A stretch of 64,000 bases of DNA from a virus: the IMG/VR virus record IMGVR_UViG_3300028364_000018, positions 32,001 to 96,000 of that record; one strand, 5' to 3'. How positions within the stretch are numbered: position 1 is the first letter of the stretch; each line of letters opens with the position of its first letter. Both the position numbers and the translations under genes were made by a program. Of the stretch, positions 55,161 through 64,000 are shown in pieces. The notes under the pieces were generated by a model. The model was not told the DNA's origin and searched no databases. It saw only the letters and a program-made list of their open reading frames with translations.

Positions 55161-55194
55161 AAAGGCGGGTAGTGTAAACTACCCGCCTTTTTTT
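55161..55194 (+). terminator. intrinsic terminator after MCP
   Basis: AAAGGCGGGTAGT-GTAA-ACTACCCGCCTTT followed by a T run. Confidence 0.85.
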
Positions 55195-55229
55195 ATGGAC
55201 AAAATTAAAAAGATTGGCATACTGCGACT

Positions 55230-56279
55230 ATGAAACTAACATCTGACTCTCCCACTTTTATACTGGCGTTTTGCCAAGAATGCGAAGACCATGGTTTGAA
55301 CGAGAAACAAGCTGGTGAACTCTACCACCTATCACGCCTGGATGAGGCTGGAGACAGCCCTGAGTTTGCTGAGGGGTTTAGAGAGGGATTGGAGAAGCAG
55401 GCGGTTAAGCCCTTCATCATGTTTCCTAAGTCTACGGTCGCAAAAACGGTCGCAAAAAGGGTCACTAATGAAGCAGCCCGGGCAGCGCCCGCCGCTGGAG
55501 CAGTAGCGCGCAAGGCCAGGAAACCTACCTTGAAGAAGACCCTGCAGTGGGGCGGAGGCCTCGCAGGCCTCGCAGGAGGTGGTTTGGGACTCTCCGCACT
55601 AGGTGGAGGCCTAGCGTCAGGTGGTAATCCGTTTAAGGCGTTCACAGGGCATTCCAGTAACGTGATGGATGCGTACATGATGCCTAACATCCCAACCTGG
55701 GCTCTCCCCGGACAAGGTCAGACCTCTAACTCCAGAAGCTCCGGCAGGAATGCCTTCAGTCATATAGACGGGTTTGCATCAAACTCTACGGGCGCCCCGG
55801 CATCCAACACCCCCAGTGCATTACTCATAGCCCAACAGGCCAAACAACGTCTAGGAGAGCTTGATAAGCAGATAGCGGGGTTACAAGGCCGTACAACCGA
55901 AACAGGATTGGCCGGAACCCTTCAATCCCGACAAATACAGAGCCAGATCCGGGAGTTGAACAAACAACGAGCCGAAGCCAGCCGTCAGATGGTTGGATCC
56001 TATACTGGAGGGTTCTTGGGCGACCAACGCCGTGGCCTGCGTCAAATCAGCGACCGACTTGGGACCCTTACCTCTCGTCAGGGGCAGTTGGAGGATAAAG
56101 CAACGGGCATGAACGACTACCTGCAAAACAGCGGACGTAAATGGTACGGACGGTCTTGGAATTGGCTGACAGGCGTAGAGAACCGTGCGGAGAGCATTCT
56201 CAGCAGCCAAGCCCAACTTGAGCGTGAGATGGAGTATCTCAGACAGGCTCGCTACAACCTTCATAACCCGGCGATGTAA
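55230..56279 (+). CDS. Gly-rich, coiled-coil putative internal head protein
   Basis: EGFREGLEKQA, GGGLAGLAGGGLG; TGn-CATACT 6 nt before the ATG. Confidence 0.55.
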   Translation: MKLTSDSPTFILAFCQECEDHGLNEKQAGELYHLSRLDEAGDSPEFAEGFREGLEKQAVKPFIMFPKSTVAKTVAKRVTNEAARAAPAAGAVARKARKPTLKKTLQWGGGLAGLAGGGLGLSALGGGLASGGNPFKAFTGHSSNVMDAYMMPNIPTWALPGQGQTSNSRSSGRNAFSHIDGFASNSTGAPASNTPSALLIAQQAKQRLGELDKQIAGLQGRTTETGLAGTLQSRQIQSQIRELNKQRAEASRQMVGSYTGGFLGDQRRGLRQISDRLGTLTSRQGQLEDKATGMNDYLQNSGRKWYGRSWNWLTGVENRAESILSSQAQLEREMEYLRQARYNLHNPAM

Positions 56280-56482
56280 TGAGCTTGAAGTACGAGCAAT
56301 ACCGAGCCCTTCATGCTACTCAAAAGTTATTGAGAGCACTTAATCTCGGCGAGCACGGGGCAAGTCCGGAGTTACAGGAGATGGCACGGCGTTGTCTCCG
56401 ACATTACCCTTTTCTATCCAGGAAAGGTGAGCCACTATTTAGTCAGGACGACTTTGAGTGTCTGGACTTGGAGGACGGATGA
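56279..56482 (+). CDS. small phage hypothetical protein
   Basis: YEQYRAL..T..LL...ARRCLRHYP. Confidence 0.6.
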   Translation: MSLKYEQYRALHATQKLLRALNLGEHGASPELQEMARRCLRHYPFLSRKGEPLFSQDDFECLDLEDG

Positions 56483-56886
56483 ATAATAATGATATACTTA
56501 TAGCGTCTAGGCTCTTAAAGAGCGCCCTTACCGCCTCAGAGCCATTGGATGACCCGGCCTACTTTGAGCTCGGGCGAAGGTCCTTCGAAGGCGACAATCG
56601 CCGGTTGCAGATACTGAACGGGCAGGTCGTTCCGGATCCTCCGTCTAGGTGGGAAACGGCTCTACGAGCGTTGGCGGGAGCCGGTATAGGAGGGGTTACT
56701 GGCAATATGTTTGGTAGGATGTCAGACGACCCGGACTTACAACTGTTATCCACGCTGGTGGGGGCCGGAGTAGGCGGGGCTTTGGGGCAACGTGGATCTC
56801 ATCTACCGAAGGCTCGACAACAACAGGCTGCGGCGGATTACCTGCGACATCTTCACTCCTTAAAATATCAGCAGGAAGAACAATGA
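56479..56886 (+). CDS. glycine-zipper protein with shared leader
   Basis: MNNNDILIASRLLKSA; AGAGIGG and VGAGVGGALG. Confidence 0.55.
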   Translation: MNNNDILIASRLLKSALTASEPLDDPAYFELGRRSFEGDNRRLQILNGQVVPDPPSRWETALRALAGAGIGGVTGNMFGRMSDDPDLQLLSTLVGAGVGGALGQRGSHLPKARQQQAAADYLRHLHSLKYQQEEQ

Positions 56887-57305
56887 GCTATCTAACCGTT
56901 GAAGACGTACAGGACTTTATGATGGACCGAGGAGTGGAGGACAACGACCTGGAGTTGGATCTGGCGTTCGCCCCAGAAGAGATCCAAAAGGCAATGAACC
57001 GGGCTGCCCGGGAGTACAACAGCATCCCGCCTCTGGGTATAAGCAGCGCACACGGCAATCGCCTACCGGACGACACCAACATATTTTTGTATGCGACTTC
57101 AGAGCAACTATGCAGATCGCTGTTGCACAAGCTTCGTCGCAATGATGTGGACTACACCGCGGGCGGGGTGGGAGTGAATTTGGTGGCGAAGCGCATACAG
57201 CATCTCCGAGAGCAGGTACAGGAAGAACGTGCGCTATGGGAGCCTCGGGCTCGTGAATTTAAGATCCGGATGAATCTGGATCAGGCTTTTAGAACATTTG
57301 ATTAA
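56883..57305 (+). CDS. putative head-tail connector
   Basis: Helical, A..EYN..PP...RNDVDY..GGV.V; in the neck gene position. Confidence 0.5.
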   Translation: MSYLTVEDVQDFMMDRGVEDNDLELDLAFAPEEIQKAMNRAAREYNSIPPLGISSAHGNRLPDDTNIFLYATSEQLCRSLLHKLRRNDVDYTAGGVGVNLVAKRIQHLREQVQEERALWEPRAREFKIRMNLDQAFRTFD

Positions 57306-57323
57306 TAACAAAAGGACAAGAAT

Positions 57324-57722
57324 ATGAATAATTCAGATAAATTAATGGCGGCGAAAATATTGAATGGTTTTCAAGAGAAGCAAGCTATGGCAACAATCCT
57401 TGGAACTCTCATTGGGAGTGCCCCTGGAAACAAGAAAAACCGCGACGCCCGTTCTAACTCAGCTCAGGGCGGGGCCCTGAGGGGTGTGGGACGAGGAGCT
57501 CTAACCGGTTTAGGCGCTGACATCGGCGGTGGAGCGTTGATGATGAGCAGATTAAACCAAGCATTTGGGGCAAAATCTATATTGGATAGAATAAAGAATC
57601 CCAAAGCACGTGCACTTGCATCAGTGCTCCAAAGCGTGGGTGCAGTGAGTGGTGGTGCATTCCTTGGTGACCGCATCGGTAAAGGTTTGACTGGTGAATA
57701 CGGGTACAACCCCGAAGGTTAA
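57324..57722 (+). CDS. glycine-zipper protein with shared leader
   Basis: MNNSDKLMAAKILNGFQEKQA. Confidence 0.55.
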   Translation: MNNSDKLMAAKILNGFQEKQAMATILGTLIGSAPGNKKNRDARSNSAQGGALRGVGRGALTGLGADIGGGALMMSRLNQAFGAKSILDRIKNPKARALASVLQSVGAVSGGAFLGDRIGKGLTGEYGYNPEG

Positions 57723-58531
57723 TGCAAATCCTAGACATCAATCTCCAACCGGCCTATGGCCAGCGTCAGGCGCTGGTCCGTTGGAGCTCTGATGTCGCGC
57801 TGGAAGCGCAGAACCCAGTCTACCACATCTACCGCTCTCCGGATGGTGCGGGTGACTGGGAGAGGGCTAATACCGATCCCGTAGACGCCCTAGAATACCT
57901 TGACACCAACTTCCATTTCAACAGCCGGCTGACGGTCCCGCACTACAGGGTTCTGGCAGTCCTACCTAATGGGGATATGATCGACAGCCCAACCAAGGGC
58001 CTATATCAGGACATGAGCCGTCAGGAGTACGCAGCGTGCTCCTACATGATACGACAGGAGTACAAGCAGATACGCCACGATGGATGGAAGATCCTACACT
58101 ACATACCGCTTACCCGAGGGGAGATCCAACCAGGCTGGGACGGCACTACCGGACAACTTCTAAAGGACTGCCCTGGAGAAGACGACGGGTATGGTCAGAA
58201 GTACGTAGGCGGATACCGCGACCCATTCTACACCGTACTTCACCCGGGAGACATGGGGCCTATCATCAAGCAACGCAAGGATGATGGTATTGGTGTGTTT
58301 GACCAGAACAAGATTACAGTCCGAATGCTGGCGTTCCCCCAACCCCAACCTGGGCACCTCATTGTACACCCCTCCACTGATAACCGGTGGATGGTGACAG
58401 AGGCGGTCAAGCCATTCCTCTTTAAAGGGAACTACCCTATAGCGCACGCCTGTCAGTTGGAGCTACTCCGTAGAGAGAGCCCTGCCTACCGCTTGCCCAT
58501 CCCCGATCTTTCTACTTTGAAATTACCATGA
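57722..58531 (+). CDS. putative neck/head-closure protein
   Basis: FN3-like start (YHIYRS) and CP....G..YVGGY..P; gene position. Confidence 0.5.
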   Translation: MQILDINLQPAYGQRQALVRWSSDVALEAQNPVYHIYRSPDGAGDWERANTDPVDALEYLDTNFHFNSRLTVPHYRVLAVLPNGDMIDSPTKGLYQDMSRQEYAACSYMIRQEYKQIRHDGWKILHYIPLTRGEIQPGWDGTTGQLLKDCPGEDDGYGQKYVGGYRDPFYTVLHPGDMGPIIKQRKDDGIGVFDQNKITVRMLAFPQPQPGHLIVHPSTDNRWMVTEAVKPFLFKGNYPIAHACQLELLRRESPAYRLPIPDLSTLKLP

Positions 58532-59181
58532 CCATCCCAGCCTCAGCCCGATCCTACTTTGACTGCGTCTACCACAAGCCGTGGACGCTGGTGAATATCC
58601 GCCAGTTGTTCACCATGGCCTTGCAGACCCATTGGATGCACCCAGAGCATCATCAATCGACCATAGGTACAACCGATCTAGCCTGCCTACGGTACGCGCC
58701 AGACTCTGATAAGGAGATCATCCTGAGCGAACGCCTGACAATCGCTCCCACCCACACCATAGACGAGACACGCCCTACTCAAGGGGTGTACATCGGAGTA
58801 CCGGGTGGTATACAGTTCAAGAAGCTGGTGACGGATAACCTGGCGGGCACCTCTATCGATACCTCAGAAGAGATCTTCGCACACCAAGCTACTGTAGGAC
58901 TGTTGTTCAGCCATCTACATAGTAATGCCGACACGGCGTTGCTCATGATGCAGTCAACCTCAGTGTTTCTCTACGCCCTTCGCAAACACCTAAAACAACA
59001 CCCCAACTTCCTGGGTATGGACCCCGGGCAGGCTTCTGACGCCCGGCTCATCGAAAAAGCGAGCGAGCCGATGTATAGGGTTGACTTATCCTACTCTTTC
59101 AGCTTTAATTACCAGGCAAGCGTAAGCCTGGAGAGTCACCGCCTCAAAACATATGGTGCACAACTTTCAGAAAGTGCTTGA
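58528..59181 (+). CDS. putative tail terminator/completion protein
   Basis: Immediately before the sheath gene; alpha/beta pattern. Confidence 0.45.
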   Translation: MTIPASARSYFDCVYHKPWTLVNIRQLFTMALQTHWMHPEHHQSTIGTTDLACLRYAPDSDKEIILSERLTIAPTHTIDETRPTQGVYIGVPGGIQFKKLVTDNLAGTSIDTSEEIFAHQATVGLLFSHLHSNADTALLMMQSTSVFLYALRKHLKQHPNFLGMDPGQASDARLIEKASEPMYRVDLSYSFSFNYQASVSLESHRLKTYGAQLSESA

Positions 59182-59206
59182 CCTGCTTCATCAAATATAG
59201 GAAACT
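59178..59206 (+). promoter_or_regulatory. promoter for a leaderless sheath transcript
   Basis: TTGACC-N17-GAAACT, then 6 nt, then ATG at 59213. Confidence 0.5.
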
Positions 59207-59212
59207 ACCATC

Positions 59213-61168
59213 ATGACAATTCCAAACTACATCCGCCCACAGCAACGCATCTTCCAATTACTGGACATCACACCCACAGCTACGGCTGGCCGGATTAATG
59301 CCCTCGTCGTGGGTCCCGCCTACTTCGTACAGCGCTACGGACAGGAAGAGCGACAGGCCTCGACCTTCGCCTCCGCCGGACAAGACCTGCTCTACACCTT
59401 TGTGGATGAGATGGGAGGAGTATCGGAGTTAGAGGACACGGACTACACTCTAGACACCGCCTCCGTACGAGTGTTCGCTGAGGATGTAGAGGCGCTGTTA
59501 AGCACGTTTGATGACACGGACCTGACCCTCGATGCCGGGCGCACCAAACTTATCAGCTCCGTAGATGACTTCCTGGGAGCCTCTCTCCGCTCCGAGCTCG
59601 ACAACCGCCCTGTACAGGTGGGAGACGTGGTTGATGTGGAAGTAACTGGCGGATCGGTATTCCGCCGGACCGTCGCGTCTTTTGAGGGTGATAACACCAT
59701 TATACTGAATATGGCTGTACCCGGAGCGGGTCTTGTGGGTTTTAAAACGATTTATATTCACTCTGGCGAACTTGAGGCGTCTCTACTCACAGTAGCGGGT
59801 GCCAAGGTCTCGACCGACGCGTTCATCGGGCTCACCATCGTTGGCAAGGACAGCGCAGCCGCCTTGCAGGATGGTGTAGGTAACTTGTTCGTGCAGTTCC
59901 GGGCCTTAATGAAGCCTCCGGCTGACGAGAGCTACATCAGCATCCGCTCTGCGCAGGACATCATCGACAATCTGGGCACCATTGCCCTCGATAACGATCT
60001 GGCATATGCCGCTAGTCGCGCCCTCAGTGGTTCGGGTGGTAAGCGTATCTATGCCCTGCGTGTCGCTACAGACGACGTCTCGGGCTTCTCCGCCGCCCTG
60101 AATAAGATCAGCTCTACTGATTATACCTACGCCTTGGCTCCCATCACAACCGATACGGGTGTAATGGACATTGTTGCCACCCACGTAGGAAGTATGTCCC
60201 AACCGGATGTCAAGAATTTCCGGCGCGCCTACCTTGGCTACGATAGCCCCGGCGAATACCCGGTGCTTGAGACTGTGGCCTTCACAGCCGCGACCTTTAA
60301 TAGTAACGCCAACCGCTACGTAACCGTCACGAACGGTGGGTTGATTTCAGCTGGTGTTAAATCCGGTTATATCTTCCGAGCTGGTGGAGCCGATTACGAA
60401 GTACAAGAACGCATTTCCGACACAGAGTTAATTCTGACTGGTGTGGGTGCTGCGGCCGGCAACGCAGATTTACTGAGTCCCGATACCGCAAGAGGTCAGG
60501 CAGACGCCGTTATCTCTCGTGCTGGAGCGTTCGATAGCCGTCGGGTAGCACACGTATGGTCTCACAAAGGTACGTCCTTCGTCGAGGGCTCCTACCAGGT
60601 GATTCCCAATCGTTTCGCAGCATCCGAGGCCGCTGGTATACGTAGCGCGCTTCAACCTCAACAAGGTTTGACCCGTACGGAGATCACGACCTTTACGGAC
60701 GTAGCGTCCATGCACACGCTTTTCACCAACGATCTGTTGGACGAGATTGCGGCCGCCGGTACTTTCATCATCACCCAAGACGTGGAGTCTGGATCGGTCT
60801 ATATTCGTCACCAGCTTACGACCGACACCTCTAATGAGAGCCTCTACTACGAAGATAGTGTGGGTACTAACCTGGACGACCTCTCCTTCAAGATTAAAGA
60901 CGCGTTAGAGGGCTTCATCGGTAAGTACAACCTGACACCGCAGACCATAGCACAAGCTCGGGGGGCTGTACGGGATATCCTTCAGGAAGCTACCGAGTCT
61001 GACGCTGGAGCACAGGTGGGTGCACAGATTATCAGCTACGCCGACCTCGTAGTCCAGGCTGACCCGGTTCTTAAAGACCGCTTGCAGATCAGTGTCACGG
61101 TCGAGATACCGCTCCCTCTCAATAACATCGACACCTACATCAGAGCCTCTATTGGCCTGACTATCTAA
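59213..61168 (+). CDS. contractile tail sheath protein
   Basis: 651 aa; starts YIRPQ; ends E.SVGTNLD.LS...D..LKDRL.I.V.V.IPLPLNNI. Confidence 0.85.
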   Translation: MTIPNYIRPQQRIFQLLDITPTATAGRINALVVGPAYFVQRYGQEERQASTFASAGQDLLYTFVDEMGGVSELEDTDYTLDTASVRVFAEDVEALLSTFDDTDLTLDAGRTKLISSVDDFLGASLRSELDNRPVQVGDVVDVEVTGGSVFRRTVASFEGDNTIILNMAVPGAGLVGFKTIYIHSGELEASLLTVAGAKVSTDAFIGLTIVGKDSAAALQDGVGNLFVQFRALMKPPADESYISIRSAQDIIDNLGTIALDNDLAYAASRALSGSGGKRIYALRVATDDVSGFSAALNKISSTDYTYALAPITTDTGVMDIVATHVGSMSQPDVKNFRRAYLGYDSPGEYPVLETVAFTAATFNSNANRYVTVTNGGLISAGVKSGYIFRAGGADYEVQERISDTELILTGVGAAAGNADLLSPDTARGQADAVISRAGAFDSRRVAHVWSHKGTSFVEGSYQVIPNRFAASEAAGIRSALQPQQGLTRTEITTFTDVASMHTLFTNDLLDEIAAAGTFIITQDVESGSVYIRHQLTTDTSNESLYYEDSVGTNLDDLSFKIKDALEGFIGKYNLTPQTIAQARGAVRDILQEATESDAGAQVGAQIISYADLVVQADPVLKDRLQISVTVEIPLPLNNIDTYIRASIGLTI

Positions 61169-61177
61169 GGAACAATT

Positions 61178-61639
61178 ATGGCACAAACAGATATACTCGG
61201 ATACAAACGCGACGTCCACCCCAACGGGCAGATCTTCTCCTCGGAGTTCGCCACCATCAGCTTGGGCTCTAAAATGGCCCTGGTGCAGAACGTGACGGCC
61301 AGCTACGGGCAAACCGTACAACCTAAGTTTGAAGTGGGCTCTCCCACCCTCTACTGGCTTACAGGTCAGCCTATGGGGCAGGTGCAGATTGCACGACTCG
61401 TTGGACGAGGCGGCTTCTTTGATTCCTTTGGCTCATTAGAGAACTCCTGTGCTAAACTCCTTGGCCTTAAGATTGGTTTGGATGGAACGGGCGGCTGTAC
61501 AGCAGCACAATCCTCTGGGGGTTCCGGCCTTAACTTCGACGGAGGGGTTGTGTCCAACCTAACAGCATCTTTCAGCGCCGGCGACCTACAAGTGCAGGAG
61601 GGTGCGACCATCCAGGTAGCATCCATGCGCCGCGGTTAA
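61178..61639 (+). CDS. tail tube protein
   Basis: 153 aa after the sheath; LVQNVTASYGQTVQPKFEVGS. Confidence 0.75.
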   Translation: MAQTDILGYKRDVHPNGQIFSSEFATISLGSKMALVQNVTASYGQTVQPKFEVGSPTLYWLTGQPMGQVQIARLVGRGGFFDSFGSLENSCAKLLGLKIGLDGTGGCTAAQSSGGSGLNFDGGVVSNLTASFSAGDLQVQEGATIQVASMRRG

Positions 61640-61659
61640 TCTCGTTTGTACTTGCCTTT

Positions 61660-61697
61660 AAGGCGTTAGGTGTCATATAATAGACACCTAACGCCTT
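61660..61697. promoter_or_regulatory. 15-bp perfect hairpin with TATAAT in the loop (terminator and/or promoter)
   Basis: AAGGCGTTAGGTGTC-ATATAATA-GACACCTAACGCCTT; TTGCCT 18 nt upstream of TATAAT. Confidence 0.55.
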
Positions 61698-61710
61698 TAA
61701 TGTGTAATTT

Positions 61711-64000
61711 ATGAGTCACCACGCTAAATCTATCTCAAACGAAGCCACGCAACTTGGCCAAGAACAAGCCGTGTCCCTAGTTTGGGGTTCTATCTACTCA
61801 GGGGTAATCGGGGACTACGACCGGGATAGCGAGACTTATATGGTGGATGTCGACGGGCAACCGTTGTCCTGCACCTACGCAGCCCCCACGTTCTGCAGGC
61901 TGATCGGTATCCAGTACAAGCAGATACTTCCGGCAGGTACACAGGTGCGGGTAGTCTACGACACACGCCCGTTTATTATAGGAGCACTCCCCTCGAACCC
62001 AGCAGACCCCGGCAAGCAATCAGCCAACAGTAGTGGTTCAGAAGCCGAACCCAGTTTTACACACCATAGCGGGCACCGGGGTCTGCATGGTGAGCAACCT
62101 GACCAGGACCAGCTCGAAGGCGAGTTGGACATGACCAACATCATGCAGAGTGGTATCAAGCTACTGACCTTTATGGCCCGGTTACAATCGGGGGAGCGGG
62201 CGGTCGTCGAAACCTGTGTGCTGAATGATATGGTGCGTATAGTCAGCGACTGCTTCCGCCACCACAGCGCGTTTGGAGATCAACTGATATACAACGATGG
62301 ACGTCTTAACAACGTGGAACACGGGACATCCTACGACCACGAGGCTTGGGGAGTCCTACCGGAAGAGGGCGAGGCCCTTAAGAAGCTGGATATGGTGGAT
62401 GGTAAAGTTGACTTAGAGAGTGTGGCAGAGACCGGGCGGTGGCGCTACAGCCGCTTTATAGGCTTCCTGGGTGACATGGTCCACATGATGGTCAGTGACC
62501 CGACGGAAACCCTCGGGCAATTAGCTGAGTCTGCGCTGCGTGCAGGTAAGGCGCGTGTACAGATCATGAACGATGGTACACTCCTAGCCCAATCGGTATC
62601 TGAAATATGCTTGGAGCGGGTAAGTCGGGTTATCGTCCCGGTTCAGCTCAAGACAGACGATGACCCAGACGGGGTGTTGTCCTCCGAATTCGAGCAACTG
62701 GAGCAGAAGTTTCTGAAGATCTGGGAGGGGCTTACTGAGGATGCAGAAGGTCCGGATCTGGCTAACATGGCATATCAACTACGGAGCTACGCTAGGTGGA
62801 TGAATAGCTATCACAGCCTGGCGCGATTCCTGCAGATGGGTAAAGATTGGAAAGTACCATCGGAGTCTGCGAGTCCAGACCCGAGCTGGACCAACGCCGA
62901 GAAAGATGTTGAACGCCAAAACGAAGGACGCCAAACGTCGTACGACACCTATGCTTGCTTCCGTATCATGCGGGATGGGTCGATCGTGATATGGGCGGGG
63001 GATGGGAGTAGCATGGTGATGGCCGACCGCGATATCCAACTGCACGCCGCGAGACATCTTGACCTGTTTGGGGCCGGGGATGTCCGTATTCGGGCCGGTC
63101 GCGATCTACACCTGGAGGCCCGGCGCCACACGAACCTGATGTCGGTTGTGGGAGGTCTGCGCCTCAAAAGTCGAACATATTGGGACGCCCTCTGTGAGCA
63201 GGGAAGTCTTTGGATCAAATCCGATGCCGACCCAGATGTGGACCCCCCTGAAGTGCCGGAGGGTGACCCCGAGCCTGTTGTACGCAAGCACGCGATCATT
63301 CTGGACTCCACTAAAGGCAGGGTGTTGGTTAACGGGCAGAAGCAGCTGATGCTCAACACCGAGAGCGCACCCGGCGAGGAGGAGGAAACAGACTTCGGTA
63401 TCACGATTCAATCTGGGCGCGCAGGGCTACGCCTTCGGTCTGGGGACAAGCTGTCATTGATTGGGCGTACGGTGGAGACCCTGGCGTCTAGTATATACAG
63501 CAAGTGCACTACATGGCTTGCTGAGGCTGCCAGCGAGTTTACAGTATTGAATCGTTTTTCACACCAAGGGGGTACGCTTAAGGTGGATCTGTTACGTGCA
63601 CAGTACCTAGACGCCGCGGACGGGTTGATGGGACCCGAGGCTTCCGAGGGTATGAAGCGTCGCGGTATTATGGTTAGAACGACACCCACGACCCAGGACG
63701 ATACTGATGTGGACGCCTACCCCTTCAAAGATCGAGAAGAGTTGGATGATCTGGAATTATCCGAATCGCTAAAAGTAGAAGAGGCTTTTGAGAAAGATGA
63801 GAAGTGGGATTACCTACCCGAGGACTATGCAGAGCGGGTTAACAACCGGGAGACCATCACAGAGCAGTATCTACAACAAGATTTACCAGACTCATTAGGA
63901 GACGACTACGCCAGCGGCAACTGGGGCCCGAACGACACCAAACTCAAGTCCTCAACTCGGACAGGAGCTGGAACTCCGTATAATAACTCGACATCGGAGT
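61711..64000 (+). CDS. putative baseplate hub/central spike protein (runs off the window end)
   Basis: Hand-read open frame from ATG 61711 to the end (at least 763 codons); OB-fold-like start and beta-helix-like IQLHAARHLDLFGAGDVRIRAGRD. Confidence 0.6.
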   Translation, partial: MSHHAKSISNEATQLGQEQAVSLVWGSIYSGVIGDYDRDSETYMVDVDGQPLSCTYAAPTFCRLIGIQYKQILPAGTQVRVVYDTRPFIIGALPSNPADPGKQSANSSGSEAEPSFTHHSGHRGLHGEQPDQDQLEGELDMTNIMQSGIKLLTFMARLQSGERAVVETCVLNDMVRIVSDCFRHHSAFGDQLIYNDGRLNNVEHGTSYDHEAWGVLPEEGEALKKLDMVDGKVDLESVAETGRWRYSRFIGFLGDMVHMMVSDPTETLGQLAESALRAGKARVQIMNDGTLLAQSVSEICLERVSRVIVPVQLKTDDDPDGVLSSEFEQLEQKFLKIWEGLTEDAEGPDLANMAYQLRSYARWMNSYHSLARFLQMGKDWKVPSESASPDPSWTNAEKDVERQNEGRQTSYDTYACFRIMRDGSIVIWAGDGSSMVMADRDIQLHAARHLDLFGAGDVRIRAGRDLHLEARRHTNLMSVVGGLRLKSRTYWDALCEQGSLWIKSDADPDVDPPEVPEGDPEPVVRKHAIILDSTKGRVLVNGQKQLMLNTESAPGEEEETDFGITIQSGRAGLRLRSGDKLSLIGRTVETLASSIYSKCTTWLAEAASEFTVLNRFSHQGGTLKVDLLRAQYLDAADGLMGPEASEGMKRRGIMVRTTPTTQDDTDVDAYPFKDREELDDLELSESLKVEEAFEKDEKWDYLPEDYAERVNNRETITEQYLQQDLPDSLGDDYASGNWGPNDTKLKSSTRTGAGTPYNNSTSE

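Noticed and set aside
61640-61720. Tail assembly chaperone frameshift genes after the tube gene
   Set aside because: The tube gene is followed directly by a hairpin and the long spike-like ORF; no slippery site was seen.
436-63689. Numerous other minus-strand and nested ORFs in the track
   Set aside because: They overlap better-supported + strand genes and lack motifs or ribosome-binding sites.
1-64000. Stop-codon reassignment, as in some large phages
   Set aside because: TAA, TAG and TGA all end tightly coupled genes, and long ORFs are intact under code 11.

Overview
This is a 64-kb segment of a large tailed-phage genome, most likely a jumbo myovirus. It uses the standard genetic code, and nearly all genes are on the + strand. 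(1) 1-15.7 kb is an accessory region of short overlapping ORFs. It holds an array of about 59-bp attC-like hairpins, an RHH+TnpB element, a metallophosphoesterase, a kinase-HAD-Thg1 cluster, an HNH nuclease and two repeat proteins. (2) 15.8-18.1 kb holds an IS607 element and five tRNA or tRNA-like genes, several of them atypical. (3) 18.2-23.6 kb holds two polyvalent proteins: GNAT plus a split InPase domain, a hydrolase-like domain, a lysozyme-like domain and the catalytic segment of an RNA polymerase beta-prime subunit, which carries an unusual intein. (4) 23.6-37.9 kb holds fiber/adhesin-like genes, a sulfotransferase, lipoproteins and a duplicated lipoprotein-subtilase-DUF1353 module. (5) 37.9-64 kb holds the C-terminal beta-prime gene with a mini-intein, a family of putative internal head proteins with a shared N-terminal leader, and the protease, scaffold, capsid, neck, sheath, tube and spike genes. 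The most notable signal is a candidate head-packaging and processing code: an MNNxEKLxAA leader plus K-x-A sites that also fall at the domain boundaries of the RNAP-containing polyprotein. All calls come from reading motifs by eye; no database searches were run.
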